From: Paragordius varius
Lineage: Eukaryota; Animalia; Nematomorpha
Assembly (NCBI GenBank): GCA_964247055.1
Contig: OZ176053.1
Location: forward strand, 1,612,001 to 1,676,000
DNA length: 64,000 nucleotides
Reading direction: 5' to 3'
The position numbers and the translations under genes were made by a program. The notes below the pieces were generated by a model. That model had not been told where the DNA came from, did no database searches, and worked only from the letters and a program-made list of their open reading frames with translations. Of this stretch, positions 12,401-27,172 are shown in pieces; the first letter of the stretch is position 1; every line of letters begins with the position of its first letter.

Positions 12401-15048
12401 ACCTGAAACTTATGTGCAAATTTTATTTGTTATACATTTTGATAATTAAAATGAATCCGTCGCTTACCCTTGTTTTTTGAATCATTTAGTTATTGATTCT
12501 AATTATTATTTAAACTTAGTTTTAAACACCTTTTTCATTTGAATTCCCATTGATTCGACAACACTTGTAGTTAATTAAATCAAAACCGACTCTTATAAAG
12601 TTTTCGTTATAAAAATAAGTCTGAATTAAAAAGTGTAGAATTTGATTGAAATTTCTTTGCAATATAATTTTATTTTCAAGTCGATTAAATAAGGATTTTT
12701 TGTAATGGTTACCACAATTCCATTCTAACCAATATACATATGCTACTTATAAATTAATAATTACACCGTCAGTTTTAATATTAACGATCAATGTGTTAGC
12801 AATATCGCACATCGATTATAAAAATATGACATTTTGTTTTTAGCGGCTTAAACAGCTCTATCAGTTTATTACCGTATCAGAAATTAAAATTTATAGTTTT
12901 TATTTTTTAACTCAATTAAAAAAGGCATTCCCTTTCTAAGTGACAAACACACTTTTAATGTTGAAATATTATAATATGTTGAGTTACAAAAAATGAATAA
13001 TATTGGGGTGAATATATCATTTATAAAGCAATAAGATTTTGATATCAATTCATCAATTTTAATGTTTTAAATGAGAATTATGCTTCATGATTTTTGGTAT
13101 AATCTTTGAATCAATGGACTGTACAGTCGTACTCTCTATAAAAATTTAAAAGGCCACAAAAAATATTTTTCTTGTTCCAATGGCCATGCAATATATAATA
13201 CCTATAAAAATTTAATGGTTTTTTGAAACATTTGCAGATATCTATAATTCAAATAATTTTATCAAAAATAATTAATAAATAAGTCATGGCGACAAAAAAG
13301 CACTTTTAGGGCCCCGGTTTGAATGCCACTCCTTTAAACTGTTACTCAAATATGCGTTATTAGCCTTTTTAAATTAATTTTACAGTTGAACGCAAAAAAT
13401 ATCCTATTCTTTTATTTCTTCGACCATTTTTGCCTAAATGTTACTCATTTTTGATATTTTAACAAAATGTACCAAATTTGGATTTTAATATTATGAAAAA
13501 ATATGAGCATATTTAGACAGTGCAAATACTAGTATTAATTGGTGTTCATAAAAAATGGAGTTAAAAAATAATGCAAATTAGCCAAAATAAAAAATCGCTA
13601 AATCCGCCCTGCAATTTCATTCTCCCTAACGGTCGACTTTGTGGGCGAGATTTTAAAACGTGACCGCCTGAAAATTTTTAAATAGATTTTTTTTCCACCA
13701 TATTATAATTTATTCTTGTGTTTGAAAAATTTATCTGTTAACAAAATGTTAAATTAAGTTAATTTATTTTATTATATATTTGCGACTTCCTTAGTTGGTT
13801 TAAATTTAGCAAAACAAAGGCAGGTATCCTTCAAAGTTATATTTTAGTAATAAAAATTGAAGCCATAAAAATGCTAAAATTTTTCATTATAGAAATGAAT
13901 GAGAAGAAGATTTTTTTATAATGATGATAAATGTACTTGGTTGATATGCAACTTTACCATGTCTAGCAAATGTCCAAACAAATTTTACTACGCCTTACAT
14001 GAAGTACCTAAAGTATAATGATATTTTCAAATCAATGCTATTGAAAGAGCAAAATCTTCAGAAAAACTGCATTGTTGAATACAGTAAAAATCAAAATATT
14101 ACATTATTACAAGTAACAAAATATCAAAAATCCCAATGAAAAATAACAGATATTTTCAGGATGAAATTTTGAAAGGAGCTATATTAAAGCCTTCAAAAGC
14201 TGTTTGACAATCATGAACAAAAAAATATTATTAAAAACATAATTATGCGGAGAGAGATCTTAAGAATCTTACCAAAATTTTACATATTTATAAAAGCATA
14301 TTTTCGGACGTCCAATTAGTAAAATGCTTCAAATCATTTAATTGATTTGCAATGTAGGGGTTTTCTGAGATATTATATTAAAAAGCAAAATCAAGAAGCG
14401 ATTTTTGATCTTTCACTGTAAAATAGATGTATTCGTAGTAAAAATCGTAATTGTTATATAAATGCAGAATCACATAACCATTTTACAATCAGTTTACTAT
14501 GCCAACACCCATTCCAACTAAATCAAAACTGCGGCGCGACACTCTTTTCGATTTGACGGAAACTATCTTGAAGCATATGTCCATTATTTGAAACCTTGTA
14601 AGCAGTAATCCATAAAATCTGGTAAATTATAAAGATCTTTGCAAGAGCTACATATCCATTTTTTGTTTCAATGATCTAAAATCCGTCATAAGATGTACAG
14701 TTAATTATCCATTGTAAATTTAATAAATTTATTATGTAAATGTTTGTGGTAATGTCTGTGGCACTGAGGTCTTTTGAAACATTATTTAGACATTTGATAA
14801 AATGATTATATATTAAAATTACTATTCTAAATAATTATTTTTTGCAATATTTATTTTAAAATGGCATGCGCTAGTCACCCGAATCGGTAAATTGAGATAT
14901 ATATTTGCATCATTTGTATTGAAGTGATAAATGAAATTTTTAATACTTAATATTCTAACGTGCCCGAGTGAAATTTTCTCCCAAAAAATTAGCCCGCCGG
15001 AAAAAAAGGTTGGCCACTTCTGTTGTATAAAAACAATGTTTTTTTTAC

Positions 15049-15812
15049 CATAAGTTACCAGACTCTGAAAAGATTTAAATTTTAGGCTTTTTCCTATGGA
15101 TGGTAGAAAAAGTCGCTATTGCGTGATGAAATATACCATACTTTGTCTCACATATGAATTGCATTGATATTAAATCAAGATTTAGCCAGAATATAAGGAG
15201 GAAATTTTACAATATGTACCCGCCGGATTATAAAACCCGGATGTTTTATCACGCAATTCGATGCATTCAAATATATTTATAGCATATTTTATATTTAAAC
15301 TATTTTGCAAACAAACATAATTTTAATATTTCTGCAGTGTTTTGTTATGAAATTTTGATGCGAACATTATTTATTACCATTTGAGGTGCTAAATTTATAG
15401 TGGCATTGAAATGTCAAAAAAATGTGTTTTTTTAATTCAACAACATCGGTTATTCCAATATATCAATGTAAATTTAATTTATTTAAATATTGGTTATTTG
15501 TCATTTGTATTAATGTGTTAGCAAATATTTTGGACAATGGATAATGTTTTTGTATATAATAATCTTATTATGGTACACTATGGGCTCATGAAAGATTGAT
15601 TTCAAATCTTGACTACCGTTATCCACGCGCATGTTAATTAGAAGAAAGTTATCATAAGTATAATTGGTTGATTCAATATTAGGAGAGTCCCAGATATGTA
15701 TAACAATACCTTTTGGTGTTTGAATGAAATGGGCCTGGATACGTTTTATGAAATTCAAAATTATATAAAACACAAGAATATCCACAGATTCATACATAGG
15801 TGAATTTTTCAT
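15049..15812 (-). pseudogene. Coding-like fragments of unknown identity
   Basis: A 100-aa ORF at 15510-15812, plus a frame at ~15270-15049 (IFECIELRDKTSGFYNPAGTYCKISSLYSG*…) with three TAA/TAG stops, ending at a G|GTAAAA donor. No family recognised. Confidence 0.3.
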
Positions 15813-16399
15813 ACAATATATATAATACAGTTGGAAAAAATTGTTTAATTAAATATAATATATTTTAATTGAAAAAAAATTTTGATATCTTTTTAGAAAT
15901 AAATCTCCCTTTTCCCTAAAAATGCCGTATTAAAAAATTTACCATTTGATTGGGTAAAATCTTATACCGAAGGGTTTGATTTTCTCGAAATGATAAAAGG
16001 CTATATCGTAGATAGGTATTTGCAGAGGAGTTCATTTTCAAAGAAAACTATTATAAAGGACAATGAAGAGTATGAAAACTAATAAATATGTGTGTCTGCT
16101 AAAACATTTCTGGCCTTTCACTTCTGGGGCCCGGTGAAGGAATTCATTATGGCGCCCCGCTTTAAAAAATAATCAAATTCAAACCGTGGTCATAACCACT
16201 CATAAATGGATGATTTTTGCATTACTTAAAATAAAAACTTTTAATTACCTATGTTTTAAAAATTGATTTTTTTAAATCCTACTCCAACTATGGCCCTTTC
16301 CCCACTCTAGCTACGCCTCTGTGCATAATCTAAGTGTATGGAAAAAAAATTTGTTTGGGGAATTGTTTTACCTACTATAAAAAAACTTTCACCATCATA

Positions 16400-16835
16400 A
16401 GTACAATAAAAACTGAAATTATACTGACAAAACGTTAAAATAAAAAGGCATATATGTTTTCCTAAAAGGACAACCATATTTTTTTATATATAACTATCGT
16501 TTTGGGTCGCAAACTAGGAATAAATTGGCATCACCCAATCATATATGTAACAATTGTTTTCATATACTACTTTATGTTGAAAATATTAAGGTTTGAAAAA
16601 AGTATGGTTGTTTTTTGGTTTTTACGTTTTGTCTTAATTTATAACGGTATCATTTAAGCAACTCACTTTAGCATTAACTTGGTATGGTATATGATTGCTT
16701 TGCATCGTTGCTAAATTGACTGACGGTAAAACAGTCCATTGGATATGATTTGGGGAAAAATTTATATCAAAATCATAAATATATTCGGCCATAATATATG
16801 AATCATTCGTAGTTCGCAACGGAATATTGCTATAT

Positions 16836-16911
<76 letters not shown>

Positions 16912-17513
16912 GTTGAAATACGGACAAAACGTAAAAATATAAAGACAAATATTTCTTTCTAGAAGACAACCTATTGACTCAATCTTGAATTAATACAATA
17001 TAAATTATATAACTATAATTGTAAAATATACAATTGATTATTATTGCAATTACAATTCAGCTGAAATTCAAGGAATTTATTGGGTGAATTTTCGATAACT
17101 GCTAGTAATCTTTGTCAAACGTAAAAAATAAAATTGAAATATAAACTAAAATTTAAAGTATGAAGTAAAAATATTTAATGAGATATAAAACTAAAAAAAC
17201 ATGTGTGTGTATTGTTATTAAGAAAATTTTTAATTTTATTTTCTATGTTTGACAAAGATTCTAGTACTAATCGAAAATTTACCCAATACTAAAATTCATT
17301 AAATTTTAGCTGAATTAGAATTGCAATAATAACACAATAACACTTCAGCGTAAACAATATAATTGATTGTTTTACCGATATACATATCAATTTCAATCAG
17401 TTTAAAACCATTACTTATATTTAAAAAATCAAGTTTTAAAAAGTATATTTGTCCCTTAGAAAAAAAATGTCTTTATATTTTTACGTTTTGTCCGTATAAT
17501 TTCAGTTTTACTG
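16400..17513. mobile_element. Cluster of family C MITE copies, (TA)n and nested palindromic family D
   Basis: Family C arm GAAAT(T)A(TA)CGGACAAAACGTAAAAATATAAAGACAAATATTT at ~16915, with its reverse complement ending ACTG-TA at 17513. An inner palindrome (family D) at ~16990-17390. (TA)n at 16830-16912. A second degenerate C copy at ~16400-16635. Confidence 0.8.
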
Positions 17514-17593
17514 TATATATATGGTTCAAAATTCTACCATATTCCATTAAATCATATAAAAAGTAATCTAATTTTAAAATTTTAGAATCTTAC

Positions 17594-18291
17594 CAAGCTT
17601 ATAAAAAGAAATTAACTTGAAATAATTTATGGTATCGTTGGAGGCTAGGAAGAAATTGTAGAAACCAGGCATTACTTTAGGACAGGACCTTATATCCAAA
17701 TACATTCCTGTCATCTATAGATAAATTATTTACTTTTGTCGACTAGCAGTGTATAGTTTCGTTTGTTTTGTTTGTTTTCTAAAAAAATGACATTAATTTA
17801 TTTAATAATTTTATGGTTTCATTCGGATATCTAAATGTCAATTATCTGTTTGTACATTATAATTCCTTAAAACAATTCAAACATTGAAAACTGAGTATTA
17901 TTAAATGGGTTATTTAATTGAATTTAATGGTTTATAATTTAGGGGTTTCTTTACAATTATGTCTAAAATCAAATAATTACCGGCAAACTTTAGCTATATT
18001 TTAATCTTAGATTAATTCATAGCCAAGCAAAATTTTTAAAACGGAATTATTATATATATAAGTAAAATTTTAGGATTTCAGAATCATACTTAAAGTACAT
18101 TCTGCCACCAGCAAATACACGGGATAAAAATCAAAGTTATTGGGAAGGTGTAAGGAATCGTTGTGAGAACGTTTTCGTTGATATAACAGATAAAGGAGTG
18201 AAAGTCCACCGCTTGCCTCTATAGGAATTGTTTTACCATGTATGAAATATAATTCCCTTTTTGAATTGTAATAACCTTCGTGCAATTCCAA
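17594..18291 (-). pseudogene. Exon-like coding fragments of unknown identity
   Basis: 17714-17594 is bounded by TAG| and |GTAAGA and is open for 40 codons (MTGMYLDIRSCPKVMPGFYNFFLASND…). ORF 18070-18291 (73 aa) lies upstream, but I could not join the two in phase. Confidence 0.3.
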
Positions 18292-20837
18292 CTTTGTGAA
18301 TTTTTCAATGATACGTAACTAAAATTATATAGAAATTATTATTATATGAAATAGTAATAATAATTATTTTCAGTGTCTTTCAATTTCGAGAAATAAATTT
18401 TATCTTTTAGATTGTGAATCATGTCTAAAATTTGAAAAAAATTATGAAACTTCCAATTGTACTAGTTATTTCCTTGAAACAAATTCTCAAAAATTTTATA
18501 AATTTATTAAAAGAAATTTATTTATAAAATTTATTAAAATAAAGAAAGACACCACATATGTAACATATGAATTCGTTGACTCACGGCTACAAATTGGTAG
18601 AATACAGCCAATTCTAATACATTTATATCGGGATTATGAGTCGGCGACAATTTTTTTGTAAAACGTAAAAATAAATTAGATACCAAAATCTAAAATATAA
18701 ACTAAAAACCGTATTTATAAGCTAAAAACTTGCAATTTTTAAGTAAAATTTATTAGACCCATGAAGATTTTAATACTCAGTTACCTAGGGCTCCATTTTA
18801 AAAGTTCTGATGTTGGGTTTTTTATTTCATAATAAATATGAGCCTATCGTTTATTTCACGCCCAATATCTGCGATATATCTTTAATCGAGACAAGGAATT
18901 TTAAAATCTTTTAAATATTGGTCAAATAACACTGGACAACAAATTTTTCTGCCACTTGAGCTTTCTGCATTTTCTGATATTTAGTATCATTCTAACAGTA
19001 AATCCGAAATAAAAATTATAACACGATGGAAGAATTGTGTATAAATTAATTTTTTTGATTATGCGCCTTCTTTATCAAAATTTTAAAAATGTTTCTTTGA
19101 AAATATACAAGTAATGCCCTATTTTAATATATCATTCGAAAGAGCAATAAAAACTCTTTAAAATGCATACTAATATGTATTACACCGACAGTTAATATTG
19201 AACACAAAGAGCGACAAACGCGCGAAGCGAGAGCACTTTTTTTAATTATTATATTTTTGAAACCAATGGATGAAAATAGCTCAAACTTTGTTTAGATGGT
19301 GATGAATGTCCAAAAAAATAACACAAGAAAGTTTTTTTGATTACAACATTTTTTTATTGCTTTTATGTCACTCAAAACAGCCATTTTTAAGTTTTTTGTT
19401 TTTTAAAATTTACCATCTCCTCAATATTAATTTATTTTCTTTACGAGGCTGATAATTTCGAAATTTTAAAGATAATAACAAGGTTTAAGATATTTTTAAT
19501 CTTTTATAGCCATTATGTAATTTATTTACAGTTATAAATGCATTTTAGTCACTAGGCAAAAAATTTATGATAATAATAATTTTTATTAAAAAAGCAAACC
19601 AAAAGCTTTTTCAAACATTTTTTTAAATTAAATACTAACATAACCCTAATAATTATATTAAAATAATTCATATGATTTTCAAATTAGTTTGCCTGTGAAA
19701 CTTGACTTATTTAAGGATTGAAAATTTCGACCATTTAAATCCAAATAACTTTTACATTCGATTGATTTAAATGACTTACTACCATTTGAAAGATGCAGTT
19801 TTTCGCGCTGTTTCGGATGATATAAAATACATGGCTTCATATTTATAACTTTTAAATTTCGAAATTTCGAGTTTAATGTTAAATCGGGGCCAAAAATTAT
19901 CGATAAACTCTAATATAAAAAAATTCTTTCATGCTAGACCAATTTTCTTTGATTAACTCATTATGTACTTTAATGAAATAAAGTTTAAATACAAGAATGG
20001 CAGTTAAAAAAAGTTAAAATTTGTTGCCTAGTGTAATTATTGAATAATTTTGAAATATTATTTTTATCATTTTGTTATTAACCATACAGGTTGCAAACGG
20101 TTTTATTACATGTCTCCTTGTTTCGGTAAAAGGTTCTGAAACCGGTAATAAATCTTTAAATATAAAAAACCTTTGATTACATACCCCTGATATAATTTTA
20201 AAATTTTAGTCACTTTGGAAATCCATTTTTTTGATAAATAAAATATAAATGCTTCTTTACTTTGGCAATTTTATCCGGGCGATAAGTCTTGGTTTTGGCA
20301 TAATTCATTAGGTTTAAGCATTTGAAATAGGGGAGAAGGAAGTCAGAACACAAATATGTTACTTTGTGAACATCGATATCGGCATACAGCTAAATAATCA
20401 AAGAGTGTAATAATCTGGAATCGAAAAAGTATGTTTATAAGGCAATATTTACTACTTTAGATAATTTTATTATATTATGCTAATATCATGTAAATCCGAA
20501 GTTATTGGAAAATGCGTTCTATCTGTAATCATATCCATATATGTCTATTTAATTATATAATTGAGATTCTAGGGTAACCGTTTCACAATGGATTAAGCGT
20601 AAACGCTGTTCTTCGTATTGTTCAATCAAATTTGCAACCAACACAAAAGTGTTAAGGTATTAGTTTTATTTATTATATGAGATAGGTTAAAAAGGTAATG
20701 TCAAATACGCCTCCCCTCCCTCATCAATCCTAAAAAAGTTAACAGATGCCCTTTTTGTCCCACAGACAATCCTTATATAAATTTTAAGAACATAGATCTA
20801 TTTAAATATAGTTTATGCATAAATGTCAACAATTAAT

Positions 20838-21098
20838 AACTTCTAATCCATAATTTTTTAGCTGAAACATATTCTCATAAGTTTCAGGCGTGTAATTTAA
20901 TGTATAGTTTTGCTTGATTGTAGATCCATTTCGAGTTATGATGGGAATCATATTAAATGGATGTATTTCATGAGTTAAGAAATGTCCTTTTCGTGAAAGT
21001 TTAACTGCCATGTTTTGATATTCCGTTATTCTAGGATCCTCTCTATAACATATTAATTGGTTTGAGCAAGTAAAAATAAATTTTGAAATAATTATCAC
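20838..21098 (-). other. Coding-like ORF fragment (90 aa), unassigned
   Basis: An open frame that is long for this AT content, ending at a possible GAA|GTTATT donor. Further frameshifted hydrophobic fragments extend upstream to ~21390. Confidence 0.3.
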
Positions 21099-21460
21099 TA
21101 TATTTGAATGGCTAAAACTTTAATTTTGGATTTATATTGTTGGAAGAATCAATAAAAATGAATACACCATCAATTTCCCCCCTGAATTCACGATTTTCTT
21201 ACACATTTCACCTTTATATTTTACCCTAAAACATATCGAATCTTCCTAAAAATAAATTAATTTCTGGACAAAATAATATCGCAATAGATATTAAATCCAA
21301 AGAGAAGGGATAAATATGGAAAGAAATGTCAAATTAACCAAGTGCAGGATAAAAAAAGTAAACCATATTAGCATTGTTTTATATCACTTGTGTCCAATAC
21401 AAATAGCTTCGCGGGCAGCATTTTTGACTTCTAAACTCGGTGGGCTAGATTTAAAATATA

Positions 21461-23681
21461 TACCATTTCCCAGTCTAAATAAACGTTTTCCCAGTCAATC
21501 GAAACATTTTCTCAGTCAATCGAAACGTTTTCCCAGTCAATCGAAACATTTTCCCAGTCAATCGAAACACTTTCCCAGTCAATCGAAACATTTTCCCAGT
21601 CAATCGAAACGTTTTCCCAGTCAATCGAAACATTTTCCTAGTCAATCGAAACGTTTTCCCAGTCAATCGAAACGTTTTCCCAGTCAATAAAAACGGTTTT
21701 ATTTTTGATAATAAATATCAAAACAAGATACAAAAATAACTTTTAACCATTATCAGCGTAATATTAGGATATTATTTTGCATAAAAACACAAATATTGAA
21801 AGACAATTTTTCCATATATTCCACTACACAATCTTTAATGACTTATTTTTAAAAAGTTGAACTATTATTGTACTAATATACCTAAATAAATCAATAATTG
21901 TTTTATTTTAATAGAGAGACAAATTGAGATAATATATTAAAAAATGATTTTCAATTAATAAAAAGATTACATATAAGGTAAACCGGCTGCCGCCTTTACC
22001 ATATTTGTCATTATCTTTTCAAAGTAATTCTACTATCCTCCGATGTTATGGAGCCAGCTGCCAATTTTATCAGATTCACTAATTCCACACAAGCATTCAT
22101 ATTATTTAATATAATATTTTGTCGGACAAAATTTTTCATTTTTGAAAATGCCATTTCGATTGGGTTCAACGTATAAACTGTATGGGGACAAAAAATCAAT
22201 TTTGTAATTGTATAACTCGGCTCCACATTTTAATTCATTTTTTTTATGAATGCGTGCATTATCCATAATAAAATGATATTGAATATCGTCCCGCTTTATA
22301 TATGCACAAAGTCCATCAAAAAAATTTGTAAAGCGTTGGGAATTGACTGTTCTTTGCTTCTATTTCGTAATAAACCATACCTCTTAATGACATAGCTCCA
22401 ATAAAAGTGATGTTTCTGCCTTTTACGCTAGGCACCACAATATTGGCTCTCGTGCCACTTTTGGATCGACCTTGGCTTCTTCTAATTTGGTTATTATAAC
22501 CGCATTTATCCAAATAAATAATATTTGTTAAGTCATCGGAGAAAGATTGTGAAAACCATATTGCGTATTTTTACCTTAAATCTATTATTTGAGGATCATT
22601 GACTTTTTCATTAAGATGATGGGCTAACTTCAAAGTTATTTTTAAAGATTTGATTACTCTGTCTATAGAGGATTTAAATAATTTTATTTTTTTATCTTCC
22701 AAATTTTTTTTAATAGGTTAATTGTTAATGACGGCTGATAAGTTAGTTTATTATCTATGATATGCATAATATCTTCCGTTATTTTTTTTGTTTTTAGTGC
22801 CTCCACGAGTTAGAATTTCTGAACTATTGTTTTTTTATATTTATACATAAATTGACGAGCAGTATTATAGTTAATATCTAAATCCTTTGATACATCCACA
22901 GTCCATTCTCCATCAAAAAAACTCGTTTTACTAATATAATTTAATGTATGCAAAATAAAAAATTATTGATATCTAAACTTAAGGTTTTTATCCAATAAAT
23001 AAAAAGCAGACGAGAAAATAATGTATATTATTACAATATTGCAGACCAGATAGTCACAAAAAAGGTTAACAACTCGTTATATAAATTTAATCGCTGCATT
23101 GTATATAGGTAATCAGAATATATACCATTTGCATTTCAGTTAGCCCTTAAACATTAAAATTTCATACTTAAACATCTCAAATTAACATAAACTTGCGTAA
23201 ATAATATTATGTATTTGTATTTTATCCAATATATTTTATTTAAATCAACTTTTTCATCGTAAAATTATTTTTTAAAACAGTATTTTGATCACAAAGTTGA
23301 AAGATTTCCTTTTTGATATGTAAAGAGTTGAAAATACATTTAAATTTTATAATTTAATCCGAAACTATGGATATTTTAAGTTAGCCCCGAATATTAATGC
23401 GAACGATTGATAAAATAAATAAATTATCCAAATACTCATCCAGTTAATAAAATATAGCTTTTAAAGCATAAGTTAGAGATTGTCTAGTGGAATATATGGA
23501 AAAATTGTCATTCAATATTTGTGTTTTTATGCAAAATAATATCCTTATATTACGCTGATAATGGTTAAAAGTTATTTTGTATCTTGTTATGATATTTATT
23601 ATCAAAAATAAAACCGTTTTTATTGACTGGGAAAATGTTTCGATTGACTGGGAAAACGTTTATTTAGACTGGGAAATGGTA
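21461..23681 (-). mobile_element. Decayed Tc1/IS630-like DD34E transposon with long TIRs (2221 bp)
   Basis: TA-flanked TACCATTT termini. TIRs ~21461-21850 and ~23460-23681. Minus-strand remnants at ~22930-21960: HTH-like DVSKDLDINYNTARQ…RGG, then DKCGYN…RRSQGRSKSGTR, FIMDNARIH and LNPIEMAFSKMK. There are 34 residues between the second D and the E after correcting one 1-nt insertion. Confidence 0.92.
21470..21695 (+). repeat. 21-bp tandem array (CCAGTCAATCGAAACRTTTTC) in the left TIR, 11 units
   Basis: Direct reading. The right TIR carries only 3 units, as the reverse complement at ~23615-23673. Confidence 0.97.
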
Positions 23682-26269
23682 TATATGGGCATTCATAAAC
23701 ATTTTGTTTGTTGTAAACATGGGAGTTCATAAGATTTTTTTCTAGTTCGTTGCCTTCGAGTAAGACTTACTTATTCAGAAAATAAGTATTAAAAACATCA
23801 ATCTTTCTAAAATTTTATGGAATATTTTTGGAAATTATCTAAATTCTTCGCCGGACACCCTTGTTTTATATGGTGTTAATCGAAATTCCATATATTCCGG
23901 ATTAAGCTATTATGTATAGGCTCTAAAAATTGATTTCAAGCCTTAAATATTTTTTGTCACATCTTATAAATTATCTAAAACATCATTTTTTTTATCTTAT
24001 AAAAAATATATGGATGTGCTTTTTAAATTTTTTTAACGCATCTAAATACTATACTTTAAATGAACGTAAAACTCTCAAAGGGTTTTCAATTTTTACTGTA
24101 AATTAAAATCAGTGTAACTAATTTTATTGAATATTTGAAAAAATAATTATTATGTTACTCCCATTATCCAGCATATGATAGGAGTTATCATCGAATTATT
24201 TTTTAAAATAAATGAGTAAAATTTACGTGAAATCAAAAATATCAATAATTTTGTGCTCCTGCGTGCTGTTAAACGTCATTTGACATACACCATATTTAAC
24301 ATTTCCTATAAAGCAAAAAAAGTCTATAATATAAAAATTTAAAAATTTATTGATTAAAAACCGCCTGTCCTTTATAATCATATCAAACAGACTAATTTTT
24401 CTGTTTTAGTTTGGATTTTTTTTAACGTTGACCAAGGTGGACACTACAGGACATGTGAATGAATATTGATAGCTTTTTTAATGAATAAACCGGCTCAAGT
24501 AGCGAACTTAAATGTTTAAATAAAGTAGACGTCCTTAAAATCTGCAATGAAAAATGTTTTACGGTTTTTACTAAATCTTAAAACTTTATAACTCAAAAAT
24601 AAGGGGGAAATAGGAACCGTTTGATTGGTTTATTTATATGGCTCATTCACACTAGTATTTTGAGTCGGCCAAATGGCTTATTTGTCCTAAATATGCTAAA
24701 ATATTAAAATTTTATTTAACTAATCTTATTTCGATTTCGAATCTATTCTAGAGTCAGAAAATGAATCTTAAAAAATATTATCTTATAACCGTGGAGACCA
24801 TATTACACTGATGAAATCAGTAAGTGTTTAAATTTTAAGGCATGTTTTAAATTATGCCAACAAAATTTCAAAATTAATTCAAACACAAGCTCAGATATTT
24901 ATGAAGTTTTCTGTGCATTGTGCGCTAGAAATCACTAGAACTAATGATTAAAAGTTTAGCTATTTTAGCAAGCCTTCATTTTTAGAAACATCTATGCTGT
25001 AACAGATTGAATCGAAAGAAACAAAATTAGCCCCAAATCGGATTCGAGATACCAAACCTCCTACAATGATTTATCGTACGGATTGCCAATAAATTAATCG
25101 TCAAAATAAATTATTTACCAATTCGTTGATATTCCAAACAGTGGGTCCCTAAAATTAATAATTGAGTGAATGTAATTTATTTATTTATGAAATTACTTAG
25201 GGTTTGTAGGAATAAAATTATCAATAAAGCTACCATTATATTATTAATATAATTAACAACAACAAAACTAATATAATAGCTGACCCCTTAAAAATTTAAA
25301 AATTATTAACCTCTTGAGTACGATGAACCAACCAAAAAACAAAAAAGATTATGTAAACTATCAACGATTATTAAATTAAATTCAAAGACGTTGGATAGTT
25401 GGTAGGAATTATGCATTATTAGTATATAAATCTATTAAAATATTAATCCGAAGCATGGGTCAATTATATAGAAACAAATTTTTGTGTATAGCTATTTTCG
25501 GCAGATCCACTTTCTGTATGATTAAAATTAGAATTAACTCTTTGCAAATTTTAGTTTAAAAATTGACTTGTCTAATCCGCAATGAGTTTTTTAACTGTTA
25601 AAAGAGAACGACTTTGATTAATTTATTTCGTTATCACTAATGTATATTTAAATTGCTCCGTATTTAAAAATGGGCACAAAAATATATTTAATCGAATTTT
25701 AATACATATATATTAACAGTTCATCAACTTTTGGTAAAGTTTTAGACTTCTGTACGATCTAAAAGTTTTAATTTCGTAAAAAGTATTTAAGGTATTAGGT
25801 ATTATAAGATATGCTTTCTTGGTTTTTTAAGCGCATGTTTCAATTTTTTTTGTTGAGTAAAAAAAATCCGCATCCAATAGTAAATAAAAAGTATAATTAT
25901 AAAAAAATATGATTCAACTGTCATGATTAAAATTAAATAACATTAACACTGCTAAGGGCCGTTTATTGGTATTTGTTTTTTATTCAGTTACATAAATGCA
26001 TTAATTGACTGGCTATGACCGTTAATGACTTAAAATTTTGAAACGGTTATATTCCAGCTTGATTGTGCTTTAAAATGTATAAATAGTTATGAAAACCCCT
26101 TTGCAAATATTGCAAGATATTGCCATATATTAAAAACTACATGCATTGCGAAGAAAGGGAAAGTTGTTTTAATTTATTATTTTTTTGAGTTAGCCCTGCA
26201 TCCGAAATTGTGGGGTTATATTCTAAGAAAATATGACAGGGTATTTACACTTTGGTGGTAGATACTTCA

Positions 26270-27172
26270 TATCAAAAACTGGCAAAATTTGGGCATATTT
26301 TGTCATATAATTTTTTTTGGAAAAGGTAAATGGTTTATTCCAAAAAAATATACACATATTGACATGGGCTCCGAAAGTCCAAAATTTTTACCCTTCGAAA
26401 ATGGGCTAGGGCTCTTAGCAAAAAAGCCAAGATTGTGCGATAGAGATCTAATATGCTAATTTTTGACATCAAAAAAAGATTTATTCCAAAAAATGGATAT
26501 TTGCCTAAAAATTTAATTAATAGCACAATTCTGAGGAAGCGAGTTTTATGATATGAAGGATGGTGGAAACGGTATAAAAGCACTTAAAGGTTATACAATC
26601 AATATAAGATGAAAGTTCTATCATTGATTAATTTAAAAGTTTGTTTCCCTTTGAAGGTTTTTGTGAGAACAATTTATATATAGCATCAATTTCAAGACGA
26701 TTAATTTATTTAAAAATCTGAGATGATAGAAATGTTTAGCATCATCGAATTATATGGAAAAAGTGTTTTTACAATATTTTAAAGCGTTTTATACCGTTCA
26801 TGTATAGTCGGAAGTAACAAAATTTTCTATAATCATAAGTAAAATATACATTTTTTTGATTTATCTTCCGGATGTTTCAAGAGTATTAGCCCATTTTACG
26901 AGGGCATAAAAAATTGGGACTTTTGGAGCCCACATCTAAAAATTAAATTATTTTAAAAGTATTGTTTTGCTTTTAATATATAATTTTTATTATATATTAG
27001 TGTTATATTTTTGAAACAAAAAAATTTTAATGAAGGTGCACACCATTTTATGGGATGGAGCAGTCATCAAAGTGTAAAAACCTTCTTAAATTTGCAATAA
27101 GGGCTAAAGCCAAAAGCACCATGATATCATCCCTGAAGCATTTTGTTATCAGATTATATTTATTTAATCAGG
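26270..27172. mobile_element. ~1-kb foldback/MITE family G copy 2 (partial third arm at 27430-27560)
   Basis: Inverted TGGGCTCCGAAAGTCC / GGGACTTTTGGAGCCCA pairs. The centre and right arm are homologous to 8385-9366. The left boundary is approximate. Confidence 0.7.

Noticed and set aside
16634-16969. ORFs with YIYIYI runs (also 1776-1979 and 47600-47803)
   Set aside because: These are translations of (TA)n microsatellites and MITE arms.
21316-21690. ORFs FPSQSKH/R repeated (+) and RLTGKTF repeated (-) as repeat proteins, or the array as a CRISPR
   Set aside because: The array lies in a transposon TIR with a reverse-complement copy at ~23615-23673. A stop-free 21-bp unit opens frames on both strands automatically. 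There are no spacers, and the context is eukaryotic.
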